From positions 45,787 through 109,786 of IMG/VR virus record IMGVR_UViG_3300018984_000003: a stretch of 64,000 nucleotides of DNA; one strand, given 5' to 3'. The stretch's first letter is position 1. The number at the start of each line of letters is the position of its first letter. The translations under genes were made by a program, and so were the position numbers. Source of the stretch: a virus. Lineage: Duplodnaviria; Caudoviricetes. Shown in pieces: positions 47,839-58,506 of the stretch. The notes beneath the pieces were generated by a model. The model searched no databases, had not been told where the DNA came from, and saw only the letters and a program-made list of their open reading frames with translations.

Positions 47839-47919
47839 AATGTGATTTTAACATGGGTTTGTGCTATCACCCAGCGGTCAAGTCTTATCTGACGGGCAAA
47901 TCTTATGTAACTGTCGTGA

Positions 47920-48450
47920 CTAAGAAGCTTGAGACATGAATTTCATAAAATTAGTCATGAGTCTTGCAAAACTTTCAAACTTTTTATCTAGCTCTGCTCT
48001 TGCGGCTTCTTCAGAGTCTGCCGTTGCAACCAAGTCAACCAACCTATCGTCTATTCCATTAAAAAGTCTTGTCCGTGCTTCCCATTTTTCTGTACCGACT
48101 TTCATTGACATTACACGACTTGGGTTGATCTTGACACTGCTGCTGTCGATCTCAGTTAAGTTTTTTAATACAGGTGTACTACTTTGTGTTTTTTCTAAAT
48201 AGCTGTCAATTTCGTCTCGGATTTGTTTTAATTGATCGCGAGTAACACGAATACTGTTAATTTCTTCGCCACTAGCATCACTGCATTGAACAGTAAAGGT
48301 CAATAATTCTGTATGTTCTGAAATTTCCTTGTATTCTTGGTTTCCACGATGCCCGATCAAGGTTGTGCTTGATGGTTTCATGTATTTAATGAATTGACCC
48401 ATGAGTTCTCCTGCAATTTTGCGCTTGTAATTATTGTATAATATTAACAA
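47920..48450 (-). CDS. Hypothetical protein (start probably MGQFIKY at 48402)
   Basis: AGGAG RBS before the internal ATG. Confidence 0.65.
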   Translation of the reverse strand: MLILYNNYKRKIAGELMGQFIKYMKPSSTTLIGHRGNQEYKEISEHTELLTFTVQCSDASGEEINSIRVTRDQLKQIRDEIDSYLEKTQSSTPVLKNLTEIDSSSVKINPSRVMSMKVGTEKWEARTRLFNGIDDRLVDLVATADSEEAARAELDKKFESFARLMTNFMKFMSQAS

Positions 48451-48957
48451 TATTTTATTGTTTCAGCAAAAACAAAAAATATGAGTTTTAATGATGTTCA
48501 CAAGTTAAAACCTGAAAATTTAACATTAAGAACTGTTTATGGGTTTGACAATTTAGGCAATCGCGTTCCGGTTGACTATTATATTACTGGGTCTCAACGG
48601 ATGAACCTGTAGACACTGCCGATAGAGAATCTAAGATTGAAGAGTCTGCCGATCGTCCTAATCCAATTCCGCCAGACCGAAAACGACAAACGGGCGGCGT
48701 AATCTCAGGTAGAAATTTTCCGCCGCGCTAACCGATCGCCCGCAACCCAAATCAACTCCGCCGCCCCGCCCACTCCCGCAACCACACCCTCAGTTTTGTC
48801 ATATCTTTAGCGCTCGATTGCCTTCCCTATTCCATCTGAGTCCGGGTAGTTGAGCTATTTCCCGATTGTGCATCCAATTGCGCCCACGTCAGCGCCACTG
48901 CTGGCGACGGATGTCTATTTCTTAATATAATAGGTCTAAATCTAATTTGTCCATAAA

Positions 48958-49551
48958 ATGAAATATTTTTTTGACACAGAGTTTATAGAATCCAGTGAAC
49001 GCAAGACGATTGACTTAATCTCGATCGGGATTGTAGCTGAGGATGGGCGCAAGTATTACGCAATTAGCACAGAGTTTGATGCTAGTTTAGCCTCGGAGTG
49101 GGTCAAGGAAAACGTCTTAAGTAAATTGCCGCCACGCCCGGAGTCTTTCAATCCGGTGGAAGAGTCCCCTCGGCAAATTTCTGAATCAAAAACGTGGAAA
49201 TCGCGGGAAACAATTAAGTTTGACATTGTTAAATTTGTAAACGAGCATGAAGAAGAAGATTCACCACGTCGATTTTGGGCTAAACATTTCACTCCTATTG
49301 AATTTTGGGCGGCTTGGGCGGCTTACGACTGGGTAGTATTTTGCTGGATATTTGGCGACATGATTGATTTGCCAAAAGGCTTCCCATATTATTGCAACGA
49401 TGTTATTCAGTGGATGAACCAGTTAGGAATGACGCGGGAGTTTTTGCCGCCAGACCCAGAGAATGCTCACAATGCGCTAGCTGATGCCCAATGGGTTAAA
49501 GAAGCTCACAACGCGCTTAAGCAGTATGTAGACAATCAGAACCGCAGGTGA
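48958..49551 (+). CDS. DEDDh 3'-5' exoribonuclease (RNase AS / Rv2179c-like)
   Basis: YFFDTEF..LISIGIVAEDGR.YYA..AYDWV..HNALADA. Confidence 0.9.
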   Translation: MKYFFDTEFIESSERKTIDLISIGIVAEDGRKYYAISTEFDASLASEWVKENVLSKLPPRPESFNPVEESPRQISESKTWKSRETIKFDIVKFVNEHEEEDSPRRFWAKHFTPIEFWAAWAAYDWVVFCWIFGDMIDLPKGFPYYCNDVIQWMNQLGMTREFLPPDPENAHNALADAQWVKEAHNALKQYVDNQNRR

Positions 49552-49665
49552 TCGGACGGTAAGCCTATCGCACTGAAAGATGGCTCCCATTAATCAGTTT
49601 AGGTTTGCCAGCATAAAAACCGCCCCGGTGTGTGCAGGGCGGCAAGGCTTTATCGGATAATTGGG

Positions 49666-50175
49666 TTAGCTTTGTTGCATCTTGCGTCGGTTAATTTTAG
49701 AGCCGTCAGAGCCGATCGACTTCTTAACCGATACTTCTACCGTCTCAGGCAGATAACGCGCTTGCACTCCCTTTTTCGACCGGAAATTGAGCAACATTTG
49801 CAACGCAGCGTAAGGAGTAAGTTTGATCGTTCCCTTGCGAGCGCCATTCACGTAGTCAACGCCATATTGCAAATCATCCCGGCAGCGACTGATGAAGTAG
49901 GACTTTGACGCGATACCTGAGATTAACCAGAGCAATTCTGAATCTTCACTGAATGCCTCTGGTTTTTCTTTCAGTCGAGTCAGCATATCACTCCCCATTG
50001 CGCGGGCTTGGTGATACTGCATCTTGTCGTAAACCTGTTTGTATTTTGTATCCCAATCTTTTAGTAACTCTGTCAACTCTGTAATCTTGGCTGAGTAGCC
50101 CTGTTCTAGTTTTATATGACCGTTTTCAGAACGGTCAAGTGAGTTATCACCCTTTCGAGATTCGATGAAATACAA
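49666..50175 (-). CDS. Hypothetical protein
   Basis: 169 aa ORF. Confidence 0.55.
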   Translation of the reverse strand: MYFIESRKGDNSLDRSENGHIKLEQGYSAKITELTELLKDWDTKYKQVYDKMQYHQARAMGSDMLTRLKEKPEAFSEDSELLWLISGIASKSYFISRCRDDLQYGVDYVNGARKGTIKLTPYAALQMLLNFRSKKGVQARYLPETVEVSVKKSIGSDGSKINRRKMQQS

Positions 50176-50193
50176 AGCGGACGATCGCCGTAA

Positions 50194-50469
50194 CTAATGA
50201 GAATAATCACCAGGTGACATATAAGCGAGGTAGACCAAACCAAATAGATTTGTAGCAAGTGATTCGGCATTTGCTAATTTTTTGTCTTTACGGTCAAATT
50301 TGACACTGTGGCAAAATGCCACGGTGATCGAGTATTGGTCATTCTTACTCCGGATCAATCCTCCGGCGATCGCTCCTTCAATTTTTCCAATTAGCACCTC
50401 GACCGTCCGCTTGTGCAGGGAGATACCAAAGGTGTTTAACTCTTGGTTCAATGCTATTATGTCTTTCAT
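50194..50469 (-). CDS. Hypothetical protein
   Basis: 91 aa ORF. Confidence 0.55.
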   Translation of the reverse strand: MKDIIALNQELNTFGISLHKRTVEVLIGKIEGAIAGGLIRSKNDQYSITVAFCHSVKFDRKDKKLANAESLATNLFGLVYLAYMSPGDYSH

Positions 50470-50699
50470 GGTGTTCGCCTAGTCGCTATAGGTAGATACA
50501 GTTTCCGATGGGGTTTGATAGCTATTAACTAGCGCCCGCGATCGGTTGAAACTATTAGGACATTCTACATACAACAAATCAACACATATTCTATTAAGAT
50601 ATGTGTTGCAGGGAAAAGCCGAAAAGCTCGTATTCTTTTCGGCTAATAGAGTTAAGACTAAAAACATGATATCCACCCCGATACAGGTGAACTTTTCTA

Positions 50700-51161
50700 T
50701 TATAGACGGTTCCGACGGAAGGGTAAATTGTTTTTGAAAGATTCAAGACGATCACCATATTGAAAATGCTTCTCTTTCATGTAGAGAAACCAAATCATTT
50801 TGAAAAGTCGAATGGGATTGATGCGGAACCATTCAGTACGTCCGCTGCCTGATGCTTCATGCTCGTTGTAAGTCTGGAAACGATGATGTGCAGCCTGTTC
50901 TAACCTGATCATGTTGTGGGTTTGAATCACGAACACGGGGAAGATGAATTTGCCGAAGTCATCTTTGAGGTAAGCTAGCCGCCGTTTGTGGTTGCGGCTG
51001 AGTCCTATTTTTGCTTTCAGTCTGAACCCACGCAGCAAACCTAGCATTATGTAGACTTCGCCGGGTTCTGCGTGTTCTTCACCATACCACCCTACCCGTT
51101 CGTCGGTTACTTGTCTGTTGCCCAACCCCTTAAAGAAGTCGGTCTGTCTCTTATTTCGCAT
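50700..51161 (-). CDS. GIY-YIG / T5orf172-type nuclease domain protein
   Basis: GEVYIM..KIGLSRN..RL..LEQAAH..F..RTEWF. Confidence 0.8.
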   Translation of the reverse strand: MRNKRQTDFFKGLGNRQVTDERVGWYGEEHAEPGEVYIMLGLLRGFRLKAKIGLSRNHKRRLAYLKDDFGKFIFPVFVIQTHNMIRLEQAAHHRFQTYNEHEASGSGRTEWFRINPIRLFKMIWFLYMKEKHFQYGDRLESFKNNLPFRRNRL

Positions 51162-51282
51162 ACGTTTAAACCTCTCTCGTTTTGATTTGAATACTAGGAT
51201 ACTAGGATATTATCATTTTTCATGTCTAATATCAAAGATTATCGTCAAATTGTGTTTAGCGAGGTGATCGCCCGTTGTCTCT

Positions 51283-51478
51283 GAATAGAGAAGTATTTAG
51301 ATCGCTTTCACTGTTGAGTTCGTCACTCGGTTTTTTATATTTTATAACTTTCTATGTGACAGAATCATCTATTGCATCTCGATTTTATCTACATCCTGAC
51401 TGTAGAGGCTGTCTTGGTTTTGAAAGCAGAAACTAAAGCAGTCTCAATAGGTGGAATGGACAAAGCACTCTCGCTTCT
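51283..51478 (+). repeat. Dispersed intergenic element, copy F (full length), followed by a TTGACA promoter
   Basis: Both internal inverted repeats and terminal CTCTCGCTTC. Confidence 0.88.
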
Positions 51479-51579
51479 CCCCGCCCTCTAAAAATCTTTT
51501 TAAAATCGCTTGACAACAAGGGTTGGTGTCTGCTAGTTTTTAAAAGTCAAGAAAAACAGAACCCAAGGAAAGCAGTAAC

Positions 51580-51867
51580 ATGACACGCACCACAAAAAAG
51601 ACCAAAGCAGTATCTGCCCCTAAACCCAAAGATGTAAAGATTGAACTTTACTTTGATGCTAACTACGTTTGCCTTGGCGGACGTGCAGATGATTGGTGGC
51701 TACCCAATTACAGCGGTGAGTATTATTACACCAACTCTGTGCGGTTGAATTACGGCTTCAATCCTGTCGGTAAATCAGAACTTACCTTAATGCTTACGTG
51801 TAGTCGCCGCGACTATACCCTGATATCGAAACCCGCAGGAGTAACACCTGTATTGAAATCTATTTAA
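51580..51867 (+). CDS. Hypothetical early protein
   Basis: First ORF after the promoter at 51510. Confidence 0.65.
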   Translation: MTRTTKKTKAVSAPKPKDVKIELYFDANYVCLGGRADDWWLPNYSGEYYYTNSVRLNYGFNPVGKSELTLMLTCSRRDYTLISKPAGVTPVLKSI

Positions 51868-51902
51868 TCAGAACCGTAGAACACACAATAACGAAAGCAA
51901 GA

Positions 51903-52124
51903 ATGAAAACGACATCAGAGAATCATGGCTATCAAGTTAAAATACACTACATTTCAATGGATTATTTTATGGACTCTGGCGAAATGTTCTATAACGGTGG
52001 TAAACCTTACCGCAGTCGCAAGACAGCAGTAAATGCAATGAATAAACTACTTGCTGACATAGATGCTGGCATCATTAAAGTGGATGGCTTTAGACATTGC
52101 GAGATTGTTGAATGGTTTGCCTAA
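51903..52124 (+). CDS. Hypothetical early protein
   Basis: 73 aa ORF. Confidence 0.6.
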   Translation: MKTTSENHGYQVKIHYISMDYFMDSGEMFYNGGKPYRSRKTAVNAMNKLLADIDAGIIKVDGFRHCEIVEWFA

Positions 52125-52626
52125 TGTTGTAAAATAAATTCTGAACAATACCATGATTATCATCCCCTGACACTGCGATTGGGTTTTTTTCTTGCAAGAA
52201 AAAAGAGCCGGAGAAATATAGAAAACTCGGCTCTTTGTCACTAATTCTTGTCAGACTTCAAACTTCCATTGTAGCCGTTCTACAAAAAACCGCCCCGAAA
52301 GCTGAGGGCGGCGCTACACCGTAAACGCAATTTAAATTTTGGTTTTAAATTTTGGACTTAAAGTTTGAATTCGTTGTTTAGTCAGACGGCGATGGTTATA
52401 CATCGGGGCAATCGCGGGATCACACCGTCTATCCCTAATAGGGAGTGAGGGCAATTGCAATAATTTGCCGGAAAAATCAGCAAGCAATCCTTGAGTTTCA
52501 ATCCCTGGTAGGGGATTTGAGCTGTAAAGCCCTGCCGCCCTGTTCTCCCTACAATATAGCTCTTCCTCTGCCTTGTCAACCCTCACGCTCAATTTTGACG
52601 GGAGCGGCGGCGGTTTATCGAGAATA

Positions 52627-52800
52627 GAAGCGAGACATAATTTGCTCGTATTTACTGTTGAGGTTGTCACTCAGTTTTTATGTTCTATAATATCTCTAAT
52701 TAACAAACTCATTTATTGTACTATCTATTCTTTATATACTCTGTTTGTAGAGTTTAATTAAATCCTGTTTTTAATCTTTCGTAAGATTTTAACTCTGAAA
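52627..52800 (+). repeat. Dispersed intergenic element, copy G (degenerate)
   Basis: GAAGCGAGA..TGAGGTTGTCACTCAG..TATAAT..ACAAACTCATTTATT..TGTAGAG. Confidence 0.8.
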
Positions 52801-53001
52801 TTGCCATGAGGATTTTCTAATGAAACGATTGACAATATAAAGAGTTTATGTGAGAATTGTAAAAAGGGAGGAGAAAGAGTCTAACCCTAAGTTTAATTCC
52901 TCAATTCCTCTCTTTTTAAAAGTTCTACTCCGCAGCACCAATCTACGGTACAGCTAAATAGAACCGCAAACAACGTCAGCACAATTCATTTTTTCAAATT
53001 T

Positions 53002-53295
53002 ATGGCAACTATCAACATTTCTGGACTAAACAAAGCTGAAGTTTTAGCAGCTCTGTACAATAACTCAAAAACGCAGGGTATGGGAAGACTACATTACACC
53101 CCTGAACCAATGACAATTCAAGAAGCAAATGAGCTTTTAAATCAATCCCACTACTTTGACTATTTAAAGGGTCGTGTCATGAGGGTCGATTTAACGTCTG
53201 ACTCTCTTGATACTTGGGGTTATGACCGTGATAATGGTAAAGGCGCAGCGTATCGAGCAATTTCTCACCTAGTTGTTGAACAAACATCAACATAA
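53002..53295 (+). CDS. Conserved phage hypothetical protein
   Basis: INISGLNKAEVLAALYN..YFDYLKGRVM.VDL..YDRDNGKGAA. Confidence 0.8.
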   Translation: MATINISGLNKAEVLAALYNNSKTQGMGRLHYTPEPMTIQEANELLNQSHYFDYLKGRVMRVDLTSDSLDTWGYDRDNGKGAAYRAISHLVVEQTST

Positions 53296-53369
53296 ACCAC
53301 TCAATAAAAGAGTAATTACTGCTATTTAAAAGTAATTACTCTTTCCTTAATTCTACTAAGTGAGACACC

Positions 53370-53888
53370 ATGACGACTTACACAATCCCGAATATTGACA
53401 ACAGTAATGACAAAACGATCGTCCTTACTAAGGCAGAGGCAAAGTGGATTAACGCCAATATGCCAGAGGTCAAACTTGACCTGGTAGGATGGCTCAAAAA
53501 TGTTTGCCCGACTGATTTGACAGCTATCATTACCGGGGATCTGACAGAAGAGTCAGGGGTTACGCAAGCAACCCGCACCCGACTTAAACGGAAAGAAATA
53601 ATTGATTATGATAACGATCCGATGAGTCTTAAAGTTAGTCTGACACGGTGGCATTTAACACCATTGATGCAAGAGCATTTAGACGCAACAAGGGCAAAAA
53701 TATTGGGCGATGCCAACTTCACCACTATCAAGTTAGAGAGAACAGGTACAGTCTGGAAGATCGCCCCTCTCTACTTCAATCAATTTCGGCGGCGCTTAAT
53801 AGATCTCATTCCGACCAAGCCCAAAACAATCAAGCCTCCTACACCAAAACCCTCTTCTGAATGGAGTTTCACTCCTGCAACGGCATAA
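53370..53888 (+). CDS. Hypothetical protein
   Basis: 172 aa ORF followed by a terminator at 53917-53942. Confidence 0.7.
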   Translation: MTTYTIPNIDNSNDKTIVLTKAEAKWINANMPEVKLDLVGWLKNVCPTDLTAIITGDLTEESGVTQATRTRLKRKEIIDYDNDPMSLKVSLTRWHLTPLMQEHLDATRAKILGDANFTTIKLERTGTVWKIAPLYFNQFRRRLIDLIPTKPKTIKPPTPKPSSEWSFTPATA

Positions 53889-53939
53889 TGTAACGATTAG
53901 ACGGTCAAACTACCTTAAAGCCCCTTTAAGCGGGGCTTT

Positions 53940-54269
53940 TTGTTATCAAAGACATCGAGTTGTTTGAAGGCTGAAATAATGAAAACTAAGAAAGCAGCGG
54001 AAACAATTTTTAAAATAGGCGATCGAGTCAAACTGAAAGCAGGGGTTAAGCCTGTTGAGGTCAACGACTTTGAGAACTACCGTCAACCATGTTATTTTGA
54101 GGCTGAAGACGTGGCAACCGTGTTTGCGGTAGATTCACCCCGTCTCCGACACAAACCGGGTTATCCTGACACTCAGACGGTTGTGAGATTTGAAAAAATC
54201 GGGTTTAAAGGGGTGCTGGCTCAACTGGTAGCAAGGGTTGAGACATTGGATCTAAAGTTGGCAAGTTAG
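53940..54269 (+). CDS. Hypothetical SH3-like protein
   Basis: FKIGDRVKLK motif. Confidence 0.6.
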   Translation: MLSKTSSCLKAEIMKTKKAAETIFKIGDRVKLKAGVKPVEVNDFENYRQPCYFEAEDVATVFAVDSPRLRHKPGYPDTQTVVRFEKIGFKGVLAQLVARVETLDLKLAS

Positions 54270-54298
54270 CTTAACCAATCGCCATCAATAATACCAAG

Positions 54299-55063
54299 AT
54301 GCTTTATCAAATGGGCATCTACCACTCATTTACTACATCGAAGAGGATTCAAATGTTACTGGGAATAATTGATATTGAAACTACAGGTTTAGACAATCGA
54401 TCTGAAATCTGTGAGTTTTCAATTACAGTCTACAAAATTGGACTAACTAGGAAGGAAACCGGAGCAATCACAAGCTTTAGCAGTCTTTTGCCAATCACAC
54501 AAAATGATGTAGAAGAAGTTAACTGGATTTCGTCGCAGTTATCACAAAGCTCAAAACAATTCTACGAACAGTCGATCGCGGTATTCAAGAATCTAGTTTC
54601 AACATCTGATTACTGCGTTGCATTTAATGCAGCGTTTGACAAAGAAAAGTTGAGACCGCTAATAGGTAAGCAGAAATGGATTTGCGCGATGAGCGATTTT
54701 GAATGGGGCTATAGGAAAGACAACAGCTACGGAAATTTCAGGCTTATTGACTTAGCCCTGTGGTTAGGAATTGGAATCAGTACCCACCATAGAGCAAGTG
54801 ACAATGTTCGCCTGCTAGTTGAATGCCTAAATAGAGTACCCAATATCATGGAATTTGTTGAGAAAGGCATTACTAGATCGCAGTCACTAATGTTTGATGT
54901 TCAAGCAGTTGTTGAATACGGCAATTACGACTTGGCTAAGAACGCCCATTTTACTTGGATTCCAGATAAAAAAGTGTGGGTCAAAAAGGTTAAAGAATGC
55001 GATTTGGAAATTCTTCTTAACAAACTTCCTTTCCCATGCAACCTTTTGAAGGTTGTGAAATAG
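54299..55063 (+). CDS. DnaQ-like DEDDh 3'-5' exonuclease
   Basis: IIDIETTGL..AFNAAFD..HHRASDNV. Confidence 0.88.
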   Translation: MLYQMGIYHSFTTSKRIQMLLGIIDIETTGLDNRSEICEFSITVYKIGLTRKETGAITSFSSLLPITQNDVEEVNWISSQLSQSSKQFYEQSIAVFKNLVSTSDYCVAFNAAFDKEKLRPLIGKQKWICAMSDFEWGYRKDNSYGNFRLIDLALWLGIGISTHHRASDNVRLLVECLNRVPNIMEFVEKGITRSQSLMFDVQAVVEYGNYDLAKNAHFTWIPDKKVWVKKVKECDLEILLNKLPFPCNLLKVVK

Positions 55064-55126
55064 ATGACCGAAAGGGGCTATCGAACTATCGCCCCGACAG
55101 ACTAAAATTATCTAAAGAGAGTAAAA

Positions 55127-55423
55127 ATGACACTGACACACTCAGAACGAATTGAAGCATTGAAAGCTTACAATGAAGCGCACAAAGAAGGCAAAAAACA
55201 AAGACTAACAGCAAGAGAAGCCTATCACGACTTAGGAATGAGTTGCCCCTCAATAACCTGTCTAAAAGTTGCGAATGAATCATTGACTGAACTCCTATAC
55301 TCTCCCTCTATCTCTGTAGAGAAGCATGAGGAATTAAAGAAGTTAGCTGTTCAGATTGAAAAAGAATCTAACAAATTAAGAAAGAGTCTAGCTCTAATTA
55401 ATAAGTTGTTGGTTGCTGAATAG
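55127..55423 (+). CDS. Hypothetical protein
   Basis: 98 aa ORF. Confidence 0.6.
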   Translation: MTLTHSERIEALKAYNEAHKEGKKQRLTAREAYHDLGMSCPSITCLKVANESLTELLYSPSISVEKHEELKKLAVQIEKESNKLRKSLALINKLLVAE

Positions 55424-55493
55424 TTAAACGACTTCGGGGTGATCGAGCCATTGCCCCGACAAACTACCTAACACAAGAGAGAGAGGTAACAAA

Positions 55494-55808
55494 ATGAAAA
55501 GAATCAGCACAGTCGGAGAGGAACGGTTCAAGGTGTGGCGGTTGACAGATGGGCAGGTCATGGTTGAGCAAGTGATTGTAGAGTTTGACAGTCCCAAACA
55601 AGAATGGATTTGTGACCCTCGCTTTACTTGGGGAAAGAAATCAACTGAAAATGTAGTAGATAAGGCTACAGGGGCGACGAAATACACAGAAAGATTCAAC
55701 GCACAGCGCGTCTTTAATAATCGCTCCGACGCCGACAGGTACGCCAAACAATTAGAAGACGAGAAGCTGATTCTTGCTAAGAACAAAGAGGGTAAAGTCG
55801 AGGTTTGA
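55494..55808 (+). CDS. Hypothetical protein
   Basis: 104 aa, GAGG RBS. Confidence 0.65.
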   Translation: MKRISTVGEERFKVWRLTDGQVMVEQVIVEFDSPKQEWICDPRFTWGKKSTENVVDKATGATKYTERFNAQRVFNNRSDADRYAKQLEDEKLILAKNKEGKVEV

Positions 55809-55961
55809 TCGCTCTCTCATAGCATCCCTTAAATTCAAGAAAAAGCCCCGGTAACAGACGGGGCTTTGAAACAATGACAACACAAAAAACAAATGACTTT
55901 CGACAAGCTATTCAATAATAGCACTATTGATGTAAAATGTAAATGTGGCTGAAAGGGCGAG

Positions 55962-56564
55962 GTGAATCGCCCTATTATCATCAGCAGTCAACCTCAGAGA
56001 AAAGTTGACTATTCGGAGTCTAGCACAAAAAAGGAGAGAGTCATGCAATCAGTAGAAAAAATTACCCTGTCTGAATACATTGAGTTCTTAAAAGAGATTG
56101 AAGTAGATTTAAGATCTGCACAGGATATTTTAGATAAAGTAATGGCAAGAGCAAAAACAAACGAACGCCTTTATAACTTTTCCCTGTTGCTAGATAATGA
56201 GGATAAATGGACAAAGTTTAATGTTTACGGTTTTTTTCATAGTCACGACTTAAATTGCAAAGCCAACATAATTAAGAATTACAGAGAAGAAAGGGAGATC
56301 CAATTAGCAGCGATTACAGTAAATCAGGGGTTAGTTTATCTAATAGGAAGCGACGATGCACGAATTTTAAAGATAGGTTACACAACAAGAAACATAGAAG
56401 AAAGACTAAGAGAAGTACAAGCGGGAAGAGCTTACGAATTAAAAGTCATCAAAACAAAACCAGGAAGTTTTGAGACAGAAAAAGCAGAGTTACTGAAGGC
56501 GAGACGGTTTCAAATACACAGCGAATGGTTTACTTGGGATGACTCCATCATTGAGAATTTCTAG
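55962..56564 (+). CDS. Coiled-coil + GIY-YIG/T5orf172 domain protein
   Basis: GLVYLI..LKIGYT..IEERL..Q..SEWF. Confidence 0.8.
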   Translation: MNRPIIISSQPQRKVDYSESSTKKERVMQSVEKITLSEYIEFLKEIEVDLRSAQDILDKVMARAKTNERLYNFSLLLDNEDKWTKFNVYGFFHSHDLNCKANIIKNYREEREIQLAAITVNQGLVYLIGSDDARILKIGYTTRNIEERLREVQAGRAYELKVIKTKPGSFETEKAELLKARRFQIHSEWFTWDDSIIENF

Positions 56565-56647
56565 CCACCTTTAAGCTACTAAAAAACCGCCCTGTTACCG
56601 GGGCGGTTTTTAGTTTAGAGGCGAGGGTTAATTTGCTGATTTAGCAG

Positions 56648-57598
56648 CTAGTTTCTCAGCGCGTCTTGCCTGACCTGACTGAGTTCATACTTAGCTTTAC
56701 TCTCTTGAGCCTCCTGATACACAATGTCCCAGTATCCCTCCATCAAATCTCGGTAACGTTCCTCAATCCAAACTCCGAACTGGCGAAAATACACCCGGTT
56801 AAAATCCTCCATCGTGTTCACGCTATTGAGCATGATTTGGATCTTCTCTAGATAAGGTTTCATTCTCTCTCTAGTCTCAGGTTCGATTAACTGGTGGAGG
56901 CAGTGATCTCGTTTTTTGCGGTTTTTCGTCTCGCTCAACCTATCCATCTTGTGATACTCTTCTGGAGTTAGCAGGGCATAAACAACCTCGCGATAAAACT
57001 TGTGACCGTAAGTCTTGCTGATGCGATCGCAGAACTTTTTGTCATACATCTTTTCCCACGGGTTAGGCGCGTCTAAAATCCGAGAAAGTTTGTCTTGTGC
57101 TTTTGGCGCTGCATTGATTTCTGCATAGCCAGTCTTGTTCTGAATATACGCAGCTAGTCCAATGTCTCCCAGAATCCCTAAAAAGTCCTGAGCGTTCTCA
57201 TCACCTTTGAAAGCGTAGTGCTTGATAGCAGCAGAGCAAAAGTCTGATTTATAGACTACCGCCGCCGCACCTTGTTTGCCAGTTTTGACGGGTTTGGTAA
57301 TCAATTTCAAATCCTTACCCACAAATGGTTCTAACCACTTTGACGGCGACTTAGTAATCAATTGTTCTACCAACTTTGCGATCACTGGGTTTGTTTTCCC
57401 GCAGGCGCGTGCTAGACCGCGCTGACTCATTCCTGATTCGCCCGTCTCTGCGATGGTGAAAACTCTACACCATTGCTTTCTGAGCGTAAAACTGTTACAT
57501 TGTTCATGTTCACTTACTACTACTAGGTGGACTGCCGATCGATAGAAAGGTGCTGATAACACCTGATCGGCCCAATATTTCAATTGTAACACAGGCAT
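56648..57598 (-). CDS. Antirepressor-like DNA-binding protein (HTH N-terminus, P63C-like C-terminus)
   Basis: TGESGMSQRGLARACG and PWEKMYDKKF..LHQ. The start is uncertain. Confidence 0.6.
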   Translation of the reverse strand: MPVLQLKYWADQVLSAPFYRSAVHLVVVSEHEQCNSFTLRKQWCRVFTIAETGESGMSQRGLARACGKTNPVIAKLVEQLITKSPSKWLEPFVGKDLKLITKPVKTGKQGAAAVVYKSDFCSAAIKHYAFKGDENAQDFLGILGDIGLAAYIQNKTGYAEINAAPKAQDKLSRILDAPNPWEKMYDKKFCDRISKTYGHKFYREVVYALLTPEEYHKMDRLSETKNRKKRDHCLHQLIEPETRERMKPYLEKIQIMLNSVNTMEDFNRVYFRQFGVWIEERYRDLMEGYWDIVYQEAQESKAKYELSQVRQDALRN

Positions 57599-57671
57599 CC
57601 GCCGCCTGCATAATAAATACCCACAAGTTTTACCCTATTTCCCCGGCATCCCTCCCACCCGCCGGGTTTTT

Positions 57672-57833
57672 TCTTAGTAAAAACTTAGACGCAAAACTCA
57701 ATCAAGCTCATCAAATATAATGTATACAGAACTGAAAAAGTAATAGCTGAGTTTGTCACGTAGGAAAATTATAGATATAAATAATCTGAATGACAGACTC
57801 ATCTATAAACCTATACGAGTTATCTCTCGTTTC
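57672..57833 (-). repeat. Dispersed intergenic element, copy H
   Basis: TGAGTTTGTCACGTAG..ATTATA..TGACAGACTCATCTA..TCTCGTTTC. Confidence 0.88.
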
Positions 57834-57944
57834 AAGATACGATTGCCCCACACCCAAAGCAGAAATATGAACCTATCAAAGACCGCCCCTCAGCCTGAAA
57901 ATAATTACCTGTCGGCTTCTGAGTACGCGAAGATTCGATGTTGG

Positions 57945-58334
57945 TTACTCAATTCTAACCCAGTAAAGGTGTGGGTCTTTTTTGGGTTGCGGTTGTATAG
58001 CGAACAATTGGTATCTGAGTTGAATCATTCTCATTCCGAAAGCTTCTGTCATTTTTAAAGCAGTGTAATCTTCCTCCCCTTTGTTTTTGGCTAATCCACC
58101 GATCGGGCAGTAATATCTATTTTTATAAACCTTGACGAGCAATCTCCGCTTTTCAAAAAGAGAATGAGACGGTAGCTCAAAATATTCTATCTCGACTTTA
58201 TCCGCTTGCTCTCCGAGGTTACTATTTCCCAGTAGTGAATAGGTTGCCGATTGCATACACAGTTCAAACTCTTCATCACATCTAAAGGCTATCTCTCTTA
58301 AGTTAGCCTCTTTTACCGATTCATTTGTTACCAT
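57945..58334 (-). CDS. Hypothetical protein
   Basis: 129 aa ORF. Confidence 0.6.
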   Translation of the reverse strand: MVTNESVKEANLREIAFRCDEEFELCMQSATYSLLGNSNLGEQADKVEIEYFELPSHSLFEKRRLLVKVYKNRYYCPIGGLAKNKGEEDYTALKMTEAFGMRMIQLRYQLFAIQPQPKKDPHLYWVRIE

Positions 58335-58506
58335 AGCTTTCTCTTTCTTTTTTCTAATAAAAAACCTAACTGGTCAGGGCGGCTAGTCTACTATACCAAG
58401 GATCAATTAAAATGTTAGCATAAAAACCGATCAATAAAGGTGTTTCGATTGACCTTTATCGGTCGATACTATTGCCCACAATTACGCAATTCAAAGAAAG
58501 AATAAA

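Noticed and set aside
39972-57860. Short ORFs overlapping the dispersed elements (39972, 44217, 44285, 45570, 52573, 57753)
   Set aside because: They are incidental translations of the repeat, in inconsistent frames and strands
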